From Felis catus (taxonomy: Eukaryota): a stretch of DNA of 64,000 bases. Positions 27,701-41,030 of the stretch are shown here, piece by piece. The notes beneath the pieces were generated by a model. It searched no databases. It was not told the origin of the DNA and worked only from the letters and a program-made list of their open reading frames with translations. Made by a program: the position numbers and the translations under genes. The stretch covers positions 108,502,001 through 108,566,000 of the forward strand of contig NC_058373.1 of the NCBI RefSeq assembly GCF_018350175.1. The letters run 5' to 3'. Each line of letters starts with the position of its first letter. Positions within the stretch are counted from its first letter, which is position 1.

Positions 27701-27859
27701 TTAATTTTATTGTAGTCTTTATTATTTTAAGTTTGTAAATAAGAAGTTAGTATTTGCATACTTTAGTGTGACCGAGACATTTCTGTAATAATGTCTTGAA
27801 TTAAGGTTTGACCTCTATTTTCAGAAAAAGGCATAAGGGCTTTTGTGATCTAATTGCTT

Positions 27860-28350
27860 TTTAAAAAATTAATAAACTTTTTTTGAGAAAATTTTAGGTT
27901 CATAGCAAGTTTGAGTGGACTGTAGAGTTCCTATCTACTCCCTGCCCCCATGCTTGCACAACCTCACCCACACTATCAGCATGCCCCACCAGGGTGGGTC
28001 TGTTTGTTACTCTGATGAGCTTACACTGGCGCATCATTACCACCAAAATTCCATATTTTACATTAGAGTTCAGTCTTGGTGTTTCACTACCCTAAGAATT
28101 TTCTGTGCCCTGCTTATTTATCCCTCCTCCCTAACCCTTGGCAACCAGTGATCTTTTTATTCTCTCCATAGCTTTGCCTTTTCCAGAATGTCATATGGTT
28201 GGAATCAGACAGTATGTAGTCTTTTCAGATTGGCTGCTTTCACTTAGTAATATGCATTTACGTTTCCCCCCTGTGTTTTCATGGCTTCGTAGTTCATTTC
28301 TTTTTAGTGCCGCATAATAATATCCCATTGTCTGGATGTACTGGTCTGTC
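27860..28350 (-). mobile_element. Old L1 3' fragment (L1MC/MD-like)
   Basis: ttgccttttccagaatgtcatat...cagattggctgctttcacttagtaatatgcattt antisense L1 motifs. Confidence 0.75.
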
Positions 28351-31300
28351 AATTATCTGTTTATTTTTATTTTTAGTTCTAATTGCTATTGTACATTTTG
28401 TTGATGTGCATATTCTCAAGAAAAATAGGTGGATCGATCGATGTGATGTAATAACTAAAATGTAGCAACTTCCAACCTAGCATGAATTTCACCTATGTGA
28501 TATTGGGCTTGTTTCACCTTTGAGGAGAAGATTCCTGGAAAATATTACATGATTTCACAATTGGAATCTAAGCACAGAAAGTTCTGAAGGCAGAGAGGAT
28601 ATGATCCCCAAATTTAGTGATTCTGTAGTATTTTTTCTTGCTGAGCACTGATTTAAATACACATTGATAAAAAGTGCTAATTACATTATTACTGATTCAG
28701 GATAGAAAACCACCTTCTGTTACTGGTTTATATGACTTTACATTTACCACTGCTGCCAAGAGAAAGGAAGTTTCGGGATTGCACCCTGTCATAGTCAATG
28801 GTGCAAATGAGCTAAAAGTGAATATAAGATCTGGATCATACAGGAACTCTGAATTTTGAATAGAAGGATGACCCATGGTAATGCATAGGCTGAATGAGCA
28901 CGTAGTAGATATTGGAGTAGTAACACTGATAATCACGCTGGGTGAATGGGGAGATCTGACTGATGATCAATATCTGGGAAACATTTTGACATTTTCACGT
29001 GCACTGACTGCCCTTTGCTTTGTAGCCGCAGCAACCTGCAGAACCGGGGCATTGTTGCGGAGCTGAAGGTGTGGTTGTGGAAAGAATATTGGGTTAGATT
29101 AAAATTAATGAGGACTGTGTTCTATACCAAATCTTCCCCTAATGAGCTCTCAGATCAATGTCAAGTCACAAGTTCTCTCAGCCTTCAATGTTGCATCTGG
29201 CAGATGGTAATAGTAATACTCATTTTACTTATTTTCACCAGGTTATTATAAGATTCATTCATTCCTTCATTAAAACCACAAACACTATGTACCAGGGCCA
29301 TAGGCATGACAAGGTAATAGGTGGAAATCCACTCTGCAGAACTGAAGAGTTTTTGAAGGCTGTGAGATATTTTATTATTTTTAAGGCCAAATCAGTTCTT
29401 TGTGTCAGTATATCAAAGTAATTGACACTTGTAGATCTCTGCCAATCATTGAACTATATTCATAGACAGTTGACTAAAACTTACAGTTGGGATGGTCTTT
29501 AGCCCTTCTGCCTCTGAGAAGATAGAAATGAAGTATTAGGCTCTAATTCTTTTGTTTAGACACCCTGACCACAGAACAAATTGCGAATCCATCTTTTCAG
29601 CAGGCTTGCCAATCTGAGTTGAACGCAGACCATTCTCCTTCAGAACAATTTAACTTCGAGTACCGAGAAAGTATTAAGTTATGCATTTTTTTTTCACAAA
29701 AATGGAATTTGAATATAGCATTTGGAAAGATGTTTCCCCCAGCAGAAAAGGTCCTGCCATCTACATTATTGTATTTCTCTTGGAGAATCACACTTCTCCA
29801 GCTTTCCCCTCCCAAGTGACTTTCCTCACCCACATAACCATTCTTTTCCTAAATACCACTTATCATCTCCCAGAAAAAAGTAAAGATTAAAAAAAAAACA
29901 TGTTCAAGGTACATCCAAGATTTCATAGCAATATTTGGTGTTCACAGTGCAAGATAAATCTGACTCTCAAGTTTTTTGGTCTTCATATGGCATCCGAAAC
30001 AGTTGTTCATATTCACACATTTATGTTTTACCATATGCATACTGTGTGCAACTCTGTTGTTTTAAAATATTTTATTGGTTTTCCTTTATATCTTAAGTTT
30101 TGATGGGTGTCCTTGAAGAACTTGCATGCCAAAAAAAGTAAATGTGAATGATTCATTCATTTTGAATATATGAAACTATTTTGGGGAGTTTTTACCCTTA
30201 CATGGAGCACACTGTTCTCAGCAGAGAATGTACTTTGTATTTCTGTTCGGTTCACAGCTGGATGCTAGAGTTGTATTAATATTGTTAGCCTGTACCTTCT
30301 ACATCCCATGTTTACTTTCGTGAGTTATTTATATGTACTAGACTGTCCTGAGTTTTTGGTGCTTGTGAATGGTGGTCAATAGTTTTACGGATTTCACTTA
30401 TGGGGACAATTTAATGTAACATGGCTTACAATCTGGTCTTCCTTTAGAAGACCTTTAGTCACAAGAAGGCTTTCATGGGCAAATTCATTGTTTCAGGCCA
30501 GACTTGTTAGTTGTAAGGTAGGAGCTGCCCCAGACCTGTCCCATCACTTCATGGGCATTTCTAGATCTGGCTGCTATTATATTTCTTCTTCCAAAGTTTT
30601 CCAGCAGACAATCAATCCCTGGGTGGTCCAGAATTTCAAGAGAGAAGAAACAAAAAGTATTTTCTCCTACAAAAGGTTGAACTCTCATTTTAGAAACTTT
30701 GGAAATCTTCAGAACATTCCATGTAGGTGTCCCTGTGTCCCTCACAGTATGACTTATTGACTTATGGTGTCTTCTATTTAAGAAGCATGAATGTATCTCC
30801 AGCTGTTACCAAAACAAACAGCTATAGAATGTAATGACCCACCCCATTTCTAAAATTACTTCTGTTGATGGATAGTGTATAGGAAGACGTTTGGAAATTT
30901 TTTTAATTGTTAAACTTAAAAACTAGAATACCTTTCTACTTTTTGTAATGTCCCAGATTTCATAACACTGGTTTTAATGTATTATTGCTGCACTGTTACG
31001 TCTGTGTTTTACCTGGGCAAACTAGTGAAATATTTAATGTCTATACTCTTGTGATACAAACACCCTTGAAAATACATTAGAAAATATGAAATTGTTTACC
31101 TGTGATAGAGAATAGGTTTGTGATTAGAAGAATTATACTGTTTTTCTTGTACAAAGAATGCTTAAAGTGGAATTTCTGTCTCCCAGTGATGTTGGAAGCA
31201 TATTTTATGCAGCCTAAAAACTCTTTCTGTATTAAATATTTAAATGCATGAGGATAAATTCGAATTGCTTTTTGTTTAAACCAGAAACATAGAAGAAGTA

Positions 31301-31553
31301 TTAGCCCCAGTTTGTACAAAATGTCTGCTGCAACTGAACTCATGATAGTTCAAAACTGAAAATCATTCTAATTTTGTAAAACTGGTTTTATCAATAAAGT
31401 TTAAGCAGATGGCTTATATGTATATGTGTGAAATTTTTTTATGCTAAAAAAAGATACAGTTTTGCAGCATCAACATGCAAATTTTATGGGCCTGAATGAT
31501 ACTGCTTAATTTAGTATATACAGAAACCATTAACTCCAAAACCACGCCAACTG

Positions 31554-31555
<2 letters not shown>

Positions 31556-31603
<48 letters not shown>
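31556..31603. repeat. (TA)n microsatellite
   Basis: Direct reading. Confidence 0.97.
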
Positions 31604-31606
<3 letters not shown>

Positions 31607-32058
31607 GATAAATGTTATATTTATGACCCCTATAATTTATTTTGGTTTTAGGATGCTCTAGACTTTTATGTTAAACACATATATGAATCAACGTATTTCA
31701 ATTCAAATGATAAAGTGTTGAAATTGAATAACTAAGGAGCTATATATACGTAAAGATCACCTGAAATAATTAAATTGCATCTGAAGAGGATTCTGAGAAG
31801 GGAAAATGTAAGTATTGCTATACAAAAGCGTAAGTAATTGTTTATCAGAGAGGCTTTTGTTTGGAGTTCTGGCTTCTCTGTGTATAACCAGTTTGAATAG
31901 GTTTATAAGAATCCAGTGCAGGAAGCTAGAAATACCAGGGCAGGGCTAATATGGTCAGACCTCCATAGCTATAAAAACATTGTTGATGTCCCCTAAACAA
32001 ACAAACAAACATTCTCTAAATGTTACAGGGAAAATCTATTTTTACCATTTTTGCATAT

Positions 32059-32430
32059 TGTATTAGTTGAAGTAATTAATGCTACTTGTTATAATAAACA
32101 ACCCTAAATGTCAGTGAGTCAGCATAAGATAAGTTTATTTCTGACTAACATGCTTCTGCCTGTGCAGCTTTCTTTATTAGCAGCATTTCGGGGACTGAGA
32201 GCCATCCCAGAGTTCTTAGGGCCTCTGAAGGACTATATGGCCAATCAAATGAAGGAGGAAGAAAAAGCACGAGAATCAAATGTACGTTCAAGGAACCAGG
32301 CTTAGAGGGTGCTCACCACCTCTGTGTAAACTCCTTTGGTCAGAACGAGTCACATGGCTCCACCTATATTTAAGAAGACTAGGAATTGTTCATTTGCATG
32401 TACAGGAAATTGAATCCATTAGGATTCTTC
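32059..32430. mobile_element. Degraded MLT1-type LTR
   Basis: tgtattagtt start, aacaaccctaaatgtcagtg and ggtcagaacgagtcacatggctccacc motifs. Confidence 0.55.
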
Positions 32431-35051
32431 TACACAGTATCTAGCACACAGTTTTCCTTTTTAAAAAACAATTTTATTTCAAATGTTGTAGCAGTGGTGA
32501 TTATTTAAGGAAAACCTGCTAACTGTAAGCTTATCTGTTACTTCCTAACCCACGGTGGCACTAGAACATTATGGGCTGATTAAGGATTTTAGTTGCTCAC
32601 ATTAGCCGTCGTAGAGCATTTCCACACTGTTTGGGGGTGCTTCTGCAAATAAAGATCACTTGAGTTCACATTTCCAGAGCCACAGGGCAGAGTTTGAGCT
32701 GACAGCCTGAGTATGGCGGAGCCTTTCTACGTGTGTATGTGTACTACATACATATGTAACCTGTTAAAAACACCAAAGCAAAGCCTATAAAACTGTGAGC
32801 AAAAACAGAATATTTCAGAGGGAATGGAGTTTTAAAGTAAATCATCTGCAGAACCAAAAACTTGACAAAGGATTCCTAACATTCCTTCATTAGAGATTTA
32901 CCCATCTTTAAATGTTAAAATAATTGAGACAGTTATCTAGGACTATGGTTCTTAAAGTCTTTTGTAGTAGTTTAAAAAAATCTTGAGTAACATTTTATTG
33001 ATGAATCAAATCACATTATCTGTCTTATAAACTACATAGTGTCTTGACAGTTTCCCTAGGGTTTCTCTAGGGAGATTCAGAGACATGGCTCAAGAAGAAA
33101 CTTGGGTGACAGTTCGGAGCACTGATGAATTTTAATGTGCATTCTACTACATAATAAAACATCTCATTCTTTTTAGCAAATAGATAAGGAGTAGGAGACA
33201 GGATTAGCATTACATCTGTGGTCATCTCAAGGAGGGACAAGATTCAAGGGTTGTCTTGAGGTGAGACGATTACAATTTAGATTAATTCCAAGGTGGACTG
33301 TATGGTATTTAAGTATTTAATTTTAAAATCCAGAATGTTTAGTGAAAGATGTGCTCTGATCTCCTGCCAGGAGGATTGAAGAATTTGTAAACTTATATGT
33401 GCAGACATAAGTAGTCCAGTAAAGATTAAACTCATACCTGTGCTCTATTTCTGGCTTTGCCACCAAGCAATTCCGTGATCTTGAGATTTCCCTGACCTTT
33501 CCATCATGTTTCCAACATCTATTATTTTTCTTGAGGTGGTCCCAGATGAGGAGGGGATTTGGCAATTATTTGGAGAGTTCTATTGACAACAGAAGAAGGT
33601 TTCCTGGTCTCTTCTGATAGACTAGAAGTACTGTCCATATTGGTCAAGTTAGCTAGCTGCTCCCCAACAAGGTTTTTTTTTAACTTTTAATTTTTTGCTC
33701 CATAGAGATACAGCCTGTGATGATGAAGGCTCCTTTTTACCTGAGGCAGAGGAGCATTTTAAGGAAAGATGAAACACATCAGAGGATCCTACTTACTTTG
33801 GAGGACACAGAGAGAACAGAATTAGGAAAATATATAAAGAACTTTAAGGTTATTTCCCAATGCCAGTAAAATCCAAGTTGAGAAATTTATAAGATGCCGT
33901 AAGAAGAAAAAGAAGTTGCTGTAATTGACATAATGTCTCATTAAGGGGAGAAAACAATGTCCTATGTAACAGGCTTTCCCCTCTCCTTTACAGGACAGCA
34001 ACTAGCTGCTACCCTCAGGCTTTGTAAGTTCACCAGCTGATAGCTACATAGGTAAGGAAAAACCAGGCACCTCGAGCCAGACAGGGTGGCTCCATCCATT
34101 CACATGTGCCTATGTTTACCTCTGATGGACGAGGCCCTGAGTGCTCAGCACTGGAAACAGTGTTAACAAGGCGGCACTAGCCGGAAACCTGGTGTGGTGA
34201 TTCTGGTGAAATGGGGCCAGTAAGGTGATTTGGGAATGTAATTAGGAGGCTAACCTAGCCAGTGGGAAGCTGTGAAGGAAAGCCACTGACGAGGAAAGGG
34301 TGTTTAAGCTGTGACTTGAAAGCTGAGTAGCAGTAAGCAGGTAAGAGGGAGGCACGTGAAGGAAACAGAAACAGCATGTACAAAATACCTGAGACAAGTG
34401 AGAGCCTTCCTCATTCAAGGGAACAAGAAAACTAGTGTGACTGGACCTTGAGGTGTAACTGGCAAATAGAATTGTAAGATATTTAAAGGGCACCTGTGAT
34501 GATTTGATCTACATCGCTGTGGGATTCCTATAGTCAGGTTCATCATTAGTGCAAGGTGATTGGCTTTTCAAATCTTTGGGCTAACAGATTGTTAACTCTA
34601 AGTTTGGTCATAGGTGTTCAGTTGGTAATGGGTGCCTGAGGAAGCAGGGCCAATGAGATTTGTAGGGCCACTTTGTGCAGCCCCTTCAGCCTTGCAAAAT
34701 ATCTGCCATTGCAGAAGTCAACATGACACTGCACAGCAGCCCCGTCCTGGCTCTGAATACAGCAACTTTTCTTTTTAATTGATTCCCAAGTGGTGCTCTC
34801 TTCCTTCCAGGCCCTGGCCTGACCCTATAGGGAGTCAGGGAAGTGGTATATATCCTTCTTCAATGAGATTCCCTCTCTGAGGGATTGCCTCTCTGCTTTG
34901 GGAAAACTTTTTCTACTGCGTTTGTCATTTTCCCTTCTTTAATTTGGCTCACTGGCTACCTGAATTTGTCCACTTTGACCTCATCATCCCTCCCTGACCA
35001 AAGAATAACAACTCCATTGAAAAACAGCAACAACAAAAAGCCATGATTAAA

Positions 35052-35052
35052 A

Positions 35053-35100
<48 letters not shown>

Positions 35101-35103
35101 AGA
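35052..35103. repeat. (GAAA)n microsatellite
   Basis: Direct reading. Confidence 0.97.
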
Positions 35104-35699
35104 GAAAAAGCTTACCTTGAGTGCACCATCAGAGATGATACAATCAATCCTTTGGGTGAACTTATACTAAAGTGTAAATGACTGAAACATGAATACCTTC
35201 TCCAGTCTCCTTTGTGAAAGGTATCTTCTCTTTTCTATAGAAAAGAAGCTTTAAAGAAGCTTACAAATTAGCCTGAGGTTTTAATTAGCCGTTGGAACAA
35301 AAATGAAGACTTTCTAACTCATAAAGGGAATATCTGAGACCACAGGGTCATTTTTTCTGAAATCCTTGGCACAGTACCGGTAGGCAGTCATAGCCAGTGC
35401 TATAAGGAATGAGACTCTGGTCTGATTTTCATGGGTTAGATTCAAAATCTATCAACTGTTCAAACCTGAAGACACAAACTGCAACATGCTGGGGAGGAGA
35501 GCCCCAGAAGGCACAAGTTCCTATTATAGTCCCCATCCCACACCCCTCACCCCAGGCCATACACATACTCCTCCATCTCTCCCATTGCCAGGGTCCTGCC
35601 CCAGGGTGCAGAGCATGCCGGTGGGCCTCGGTGTTTTAAAGGCACCAACTTATGCTGCTTCCTCAGCCACTGAAAGCACCGCCCACTCCCATTCCCAAA

Positions 35700-36400
35700 C
35701 CTGATCACCTCGGGCGACACCCAGCTGTGGCCTGCACCGAGTGTCCTGCCTGGGGAAGAGCGGCCCCCATCACCTGCCCAGGCCCTCGGAAGCAGGGCCC
35801 CAAGGCCCAAGCGCGGAGCTGCGGCTCTCACCGACCCGCAGCTCCCCAGCCTTTCAGGACCCAACGTCGGCAAGGAAAGGACCCCCCCCCACCCCCACCC
35901 CCCGTTTGGGACTCTTTGTTCGCTGCGCTTCCTCGTTCCTGTTCTCAAATCTAGCTCCCAGCAGCCCCCGCCAGCGCATCCGACCTACAGGAAAGTTGCT
36001 CCTGAGCTGTAGAGGGGCGTCATCGCCTCCTAGCAACGCTCCTAGCAACCGGGTAACATCTGCTCCCTCTGGTCCAATGCGAGCGGAGAACAGCTGCGCG
36101 CCCGCCTCGCGTTCCGAACCCGGAGCCGGAGGCGAGAGGCGCTTCAGAGACTGGAGGGACGGACCTGCAGGAGCCAGGGCTGCCCGCCGAGCTGCAGTTG
36201 CCGCTGCTGCCGCTGTCGCTGTCGCGCTGCCGCCGCCGCCGTTGCTGTCAGCGCTCGAGTGAAGAGTGACAGCGCCGCAAGAGCGGGAGGGAGCGCCGAA
36301 CCCCGCGAACCTACGAAACAGGTGCATGCGCCGATCTCCTGGCCAGTGGACCCAGCTCGCAAGGTACGTCTGGACTCATCCAGCCATGTGCCTTTCTCTG
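35700..36400. promoter_or_regulatory. CpG island promoter
   Basis: Sharp rise in GC and CpG, (GCC/GCT)n tract at about 36200-36245, CCAAT at 36074-36078, CGTCA at 36018-36022, tandem CCTAGCAAC at 36029-36037 and 36041-36049. Confidence 0.9.
36100..36363 (+). other. Putative first exon of the SERTAD4-like gene (TSS approximate)
   Basis: Lies downstream of the CCAAT/X-box cluster and ends at donor AAG|gtacgt (36363/36364). ATG at 36326 opens MRRSPGQWTQLA to the donor (phase 2). Confidence 0.6.
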
Positions 36401-39400
36401 AGGCTCAGAAAAGACCCATTTCCTTGAGGGTGAGGATAGGGGCTGTTCTGGGATCCTACTCCGCTCCCGGTCATTGAAAAGCGGCCAGGTGGTGGTCCCG
36501 AATTACCTGGCTTCATATTTTAAAAATCATGGAATTGGTTCTTGAGGATTCCCCTGCCCATCGATACTAGGTTTGTGTTCGGAAGTTTTCAGCCCTCCGT
36601 GTTTTTCCTTTGACTTCGCTGCTCGTGTGTGTGGCGAGGAGAACGGGGAGCAGTAAGCCTGCGGTTAAGGCTAACATGCCATCGTGCAGCATGGACTAAT
36701 TGAATCAACACGTATGGAGAGCAACAATCTTTTTAGGTCCTGCTCTGGAAAGGGTCCATTTGGCCGGGAGCAGCCGTTCACTGTTACTCAATCTCCTGAA
36801 AAGTAACCATAGTAACTCACCTCTCTTTTGATGGGATCCTCCTCATTGGCTGCCTATCTTCCTTTGGAAAGCTCATCTCTCTAAATATAGAAGATGATGA
36901 GATCTGTAAGCATACATCCATGTAGAAAAGGTGCAGTTAAACATGGCCCTTTAAAGAAAAACTATCTTCAAAGAAGAAGTACCATTTGGCTATTTCAAAT
37001 CTTGCGAGAAATCGTGTGTAGTGCAGAGAATGATTGAGTTGCTGTTTTGAGTTAAGTGATGGATTGTAACTTTAGAGAGAATGTATCTTGAAATTATACA
37101 ACATCTGGCATTTGAAAACAAATTAAGTACATCTGACCCCGATTTCAAAAGAAAATCAACCTACCGATAACATCCCCCAAAGAATCTGCCAGTAAATAAT
37201 TGGAGAAATTGGTTATTCACTTTTTTCCATATTTCTTAGGATAGCTAAGACTCCTTCTGTTTAAAATTAAATCTGGAGAACACGAAAGTAATGGTATGTG
37301 CTTGAAGGTTAATCTAGTTAATCCATCTGGTCCAGAACAGCTCCACCTTGAACATCTTTCATAGTGTCCCCCTGCTGCATGCGTTCTCCGGACTTGATAA
37401 CCAGTTCAAATCAGCGCAGTCCTGGCTCTCCCCATGTTATTTTGCATCTGTCTCCGTTGTTTCACAATCTCAGGTTGCCATTCATGAGCCCGAGGCTGTG
37501 AGAAATGCTCGCTGTGCAAAGGGGAGCTCTCACCAGATTTTCTGAAGCTGTCCTAGAAATACACTTTTCAGATTGATTCAGCTTTACCAGGTAATCACTA
37601 GCTTAAAAGAAATTACTGTTTAAATATGTATCCAAAGAAATAAATGCTAATGTAGCATTACCATAACTCACAAGATCAATATAAGGGGTTGTTTATATAG
37701 ATGGTTGCTGGGTAAACGTCGATAGAGGTTTTCCGTAGAGAGGACATTTGTGGGCTGGCAGATTTTCCTAAGACCCAAGTGAATAGGGTGGGCCAAATTA
37801 GGTAGCCTGCCTTGGGGAGCATGTCAGGCGGAAGCCCTATGAGCAAACTGGTGCATGTCTGAATGAAAGAAATGAAAAGGAGTCTCCAAGTCGCAAAAGG
37901 AGATCTTGGTGATTTTTTAAATTTAATTTGCACTAAGGTCATGAGGATAGAAACTTAGGAGTATTAAGCATCTGAAACCAAATTTTCAAGTCAGAATACA
38001 TTTAATGAGTGCTAAGCTCTCCAGTGCTGTGTTTAACTTTCACATGTACAGTTCCTGTAGGTAACCGGCCTAGCAAATTGCAATCAAATTCATGAAAATA
38101 CAGCAGGCTGCATTTCTTCCCTCATTTTACGTCTCTTTGTAAAAGTAAATAACTGAGCGGTTTTATTTAGAAACCTGTTTGAAAATTTATTCTGGTCTAA
38201 TTGTAGGTTTTTTATGATTATCATGAGACTTTAAAAGTACTGGTGTCCATAGTCACTTATTGAAATACCTTTGATAATTTTAAACATTAAAGATGACCAC
38301 TAACACTATCATTTGCCTTTAGTACCACGACACCTTTTTCCTTTCTCCATTATAATTACTATATTTTATGGTAAGCAGCAAATCCAAGGAGACCAATAAG
38401 ATTTACTGTCATCTGCGATGAGATGTATGTAGAATTCTAGCCATGCTATCAATCTGAGGAAAGTTTGAATAAGCCACAAGTATTGGTTCATGCATATGCA
38501 TTAGTCTTGTGCATTCGTAATTTATACACATCCTATCTCTTATGTAATATGCATAGGAGTTTAAAATCATTCAGTGCCCTTTAATTTACATGAAAAGGCC
38601 TGCCCTTTCATTGAGACCACTATTGCAATCAAGAAGGTCAAGTGAAAAGGGTTCTTAAATTTTAATTTTGACTCTATCCTGAATGTATAATGTGCAGAAT
38701 ATATCCTGTACACTTTTGATGAACATATCTGTTTGAAGTCATTCGTCAGAAAATTTTATCATGGTAATTAGCTTTAAATAAATGAAACTAAATCAAATGG
38801 TATCATTATAATATAAACGCTTAATTCTAGGGCTATTGGTAGATCCTAAGGAAGAGTGTAAAAAAAAATTCCACAGCTTTGTAGTTCAGGATATAGTCAC
38901 TCTTGTCGATGGGAATGCCAGCTGTACTTGTACGTACAGTGAGTTCTAAAAGGGGGATGTCATTCGGGCTATAAGGCTTAGATCAAGCTGAGATCAAGCA
39001 GGTTAAAACTGAAACCATGTTCCAATTTCAGTTTTTCCTCATATATTCTATTTGGAAGTGTTTATGTGTCTATGAACATTCCATGTTTAATTTTATGCCA
39101 TGTTGCTTTCCTGGGATTTAGAAGATGCTTTGAAACATGGAGAAATGTTGAAAGGTTTGATCAAGATGCCAAAGCCCTGGGCTCTGCACTGAGGACTCAT
39201 GCCAGCTGGCTTTAGCTGTCAAAACACCGACACCCTTACAATAGCTCTAAAGCTGAGGCATAACCAGTTTGGATTGCTCTATTTGTCAAAGCAATATGCT
39301 TCAGAAACCTAGAGAAAGGTGAAATAAAATAATATTTCAGAAGCAGAGGGGTAAACTGACCATAGGCATTCACAACTAAAACTGAGGAAGAAGTGCACCT

Positions 39401-39687
39401 TCCATTCTGGGGGGAGCAGCTCCGTGTCAGTCCCCCCCCACCCCCAATCTTTCTAAGAAGTTGTCTGTTTAGCTAGTGTCAATACATTACTTTAACATTT
39501 CCCCTTTTTGGGCTAACACAAGTATTTCTAAAATTTTTCCTGATTACATTTATGTTAACAGACTAATAACAGAGCCATCTAGTTTTTTGCAATATTTCTC
39601 ACTGGGGGTCATAAAGGGATATTAATAAAAAGGACTAAAGGCTTGCTAGTATTATGTTCAGCATTATGATATATCTTCATCACTAGA

Positions 39688-39911
39688 ATTTTTTTTAATT
39701 TTTTTTCAACGTTTTTTATTTATTTTTGGGACAGAGAGAAACAGAGCATGAACGGGGAGGGGCAGAGAGAGAGGGAGACACAGCATCGGAAACAGGCTCC
39801 AGGCTCTGAGCCATCAGCCCAGAGCCTGACGCGGGGCTCGAACTCACGGACCGCGAGATCATGACCTGGCTGAAGTCGGACGCTTAACCGACTGCACCAC
39901 CCAGGCGCCCC
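39688..39911 (-). mobile_element. SINEC (young)
   Basis: Reverse SINEC with intact CpGs; TSD tagaatttttttt. Confidence 0.95.
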
Positions 39912-40811
39912 TAGAATTTTTTTTAAAAAGTTTTTTTTCATCTTATACTGTGCAGCAAAAAGTCTTCTTGGCAGGTAGATACAAGAGTCTTCTAAGTATC
40001 AGTGATGCTTAGAAGGGGAGGAGGGGTAGGTTTGAAGCTGGGAAATCCCCCCTGTGGTGATGTATCAGAGTAGGTAGTCTTTTAAAAACCATTATTAAAA
40101 GGGAGCATGGGCTACAAACATCAAGAAAAGTTGGGGATGTTGCAAAGAGAATCACAGCTCAAGAGCCTCAAGTGTCTATTCTATCTGCACGGGCTACTTG
40201 CTTTACTGCTCTGTGGCTCGTCTCCCCATATCTGATGTGGGGCATAAATCTAGCTATTAACTTAAGCAGAGTGCTGGGGTTGAACACAATTCAATTTAAC
40301 GAAGCACCAAAGTTTTAGAGGAAAGGGAACCTGTGAATGAGGGACATTTCACCACCAGAGTAACTCTGGGTGGTGACAAAAATTAGGCAATACAAGCGAA
40401 GGCAGAGAATCACCCCACTCTGGGACAAATTGTCCTATATTCTTAGTAAAGTTAATGATTAGTCCATCTTATGTTTTTCTACAACCCTTCTGGGGTACCT
40501 GGCTAAATGTTGTTGGCGATATACTCAAACCTGGTGGTGGCATTGAAGTGGAAGACAATGAGGGTGATATAGATTAAGTATTTCTTCATAAGATCTCTGC
40601 AGTCCACATATGGGGGATTGAAAAGCCCTCCTCTCTGAGCAACAGACCTGGGTATCTAAGGAAGTTATAACATCTCCCGAGACATCTCATCAGTAAGATA
40701 TTTCTTGGAACCTATATCTAGCAATGTGAGTGCTTTGCCAATTTTCTTTCTGATTCATTCCCACTTTCCAAGGTGTAGTAAAAGGGAGCATCATCCTTTA
40801 AAACAAGGAAT

Positions 40812-41030
40812 GGGGGTGCCTGGGTGACTCAGTCAGTTAAGTATCCAACTTTAGCTCAGGTCATGATCTCGCGGTTCGTGGGTTTGAGCCCCATTGTCGG
40901 GCTGTGTTGACAGCTCAAGCCTGGAGCCTGCTTCAGATTCTGTGTCTCCCTCTTTCTCTCTCTCTCTGCTCCTCCCCTGCTTGCTCTCTGTCTTTTCCTC
41001 TCAAAAATAAATAAACATTAAAAAAATTAA
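40812..41030 (+). mobile_element. SINEC
   Basis: SINEC head, CT tract and tail; TSD aaaacaaggaatg. Confidence 0.93.

Larger units (their letters stand above)
19683..31420 (+). other. SYT16: Probable long SYT16 3' UTR, with distal AATAAA at 31393-31398
   Basis: AT/U-rich and repeat-poor compared with the intron; TGTA motifs precede AATAAA at 31393, followed by TG/T-rich sequence. Several proximal AATAAA also exist, so the end point is inferred. Confidence 0.55.

Noticed and set aside
35547..36477. Several 70-173 aa ORFs on both strands, including an Ala-rich 157-aa one
   Set aside because: Expected stop-codon scarcity in a CpG island with GCC/GCT repeats; no homology recognised.
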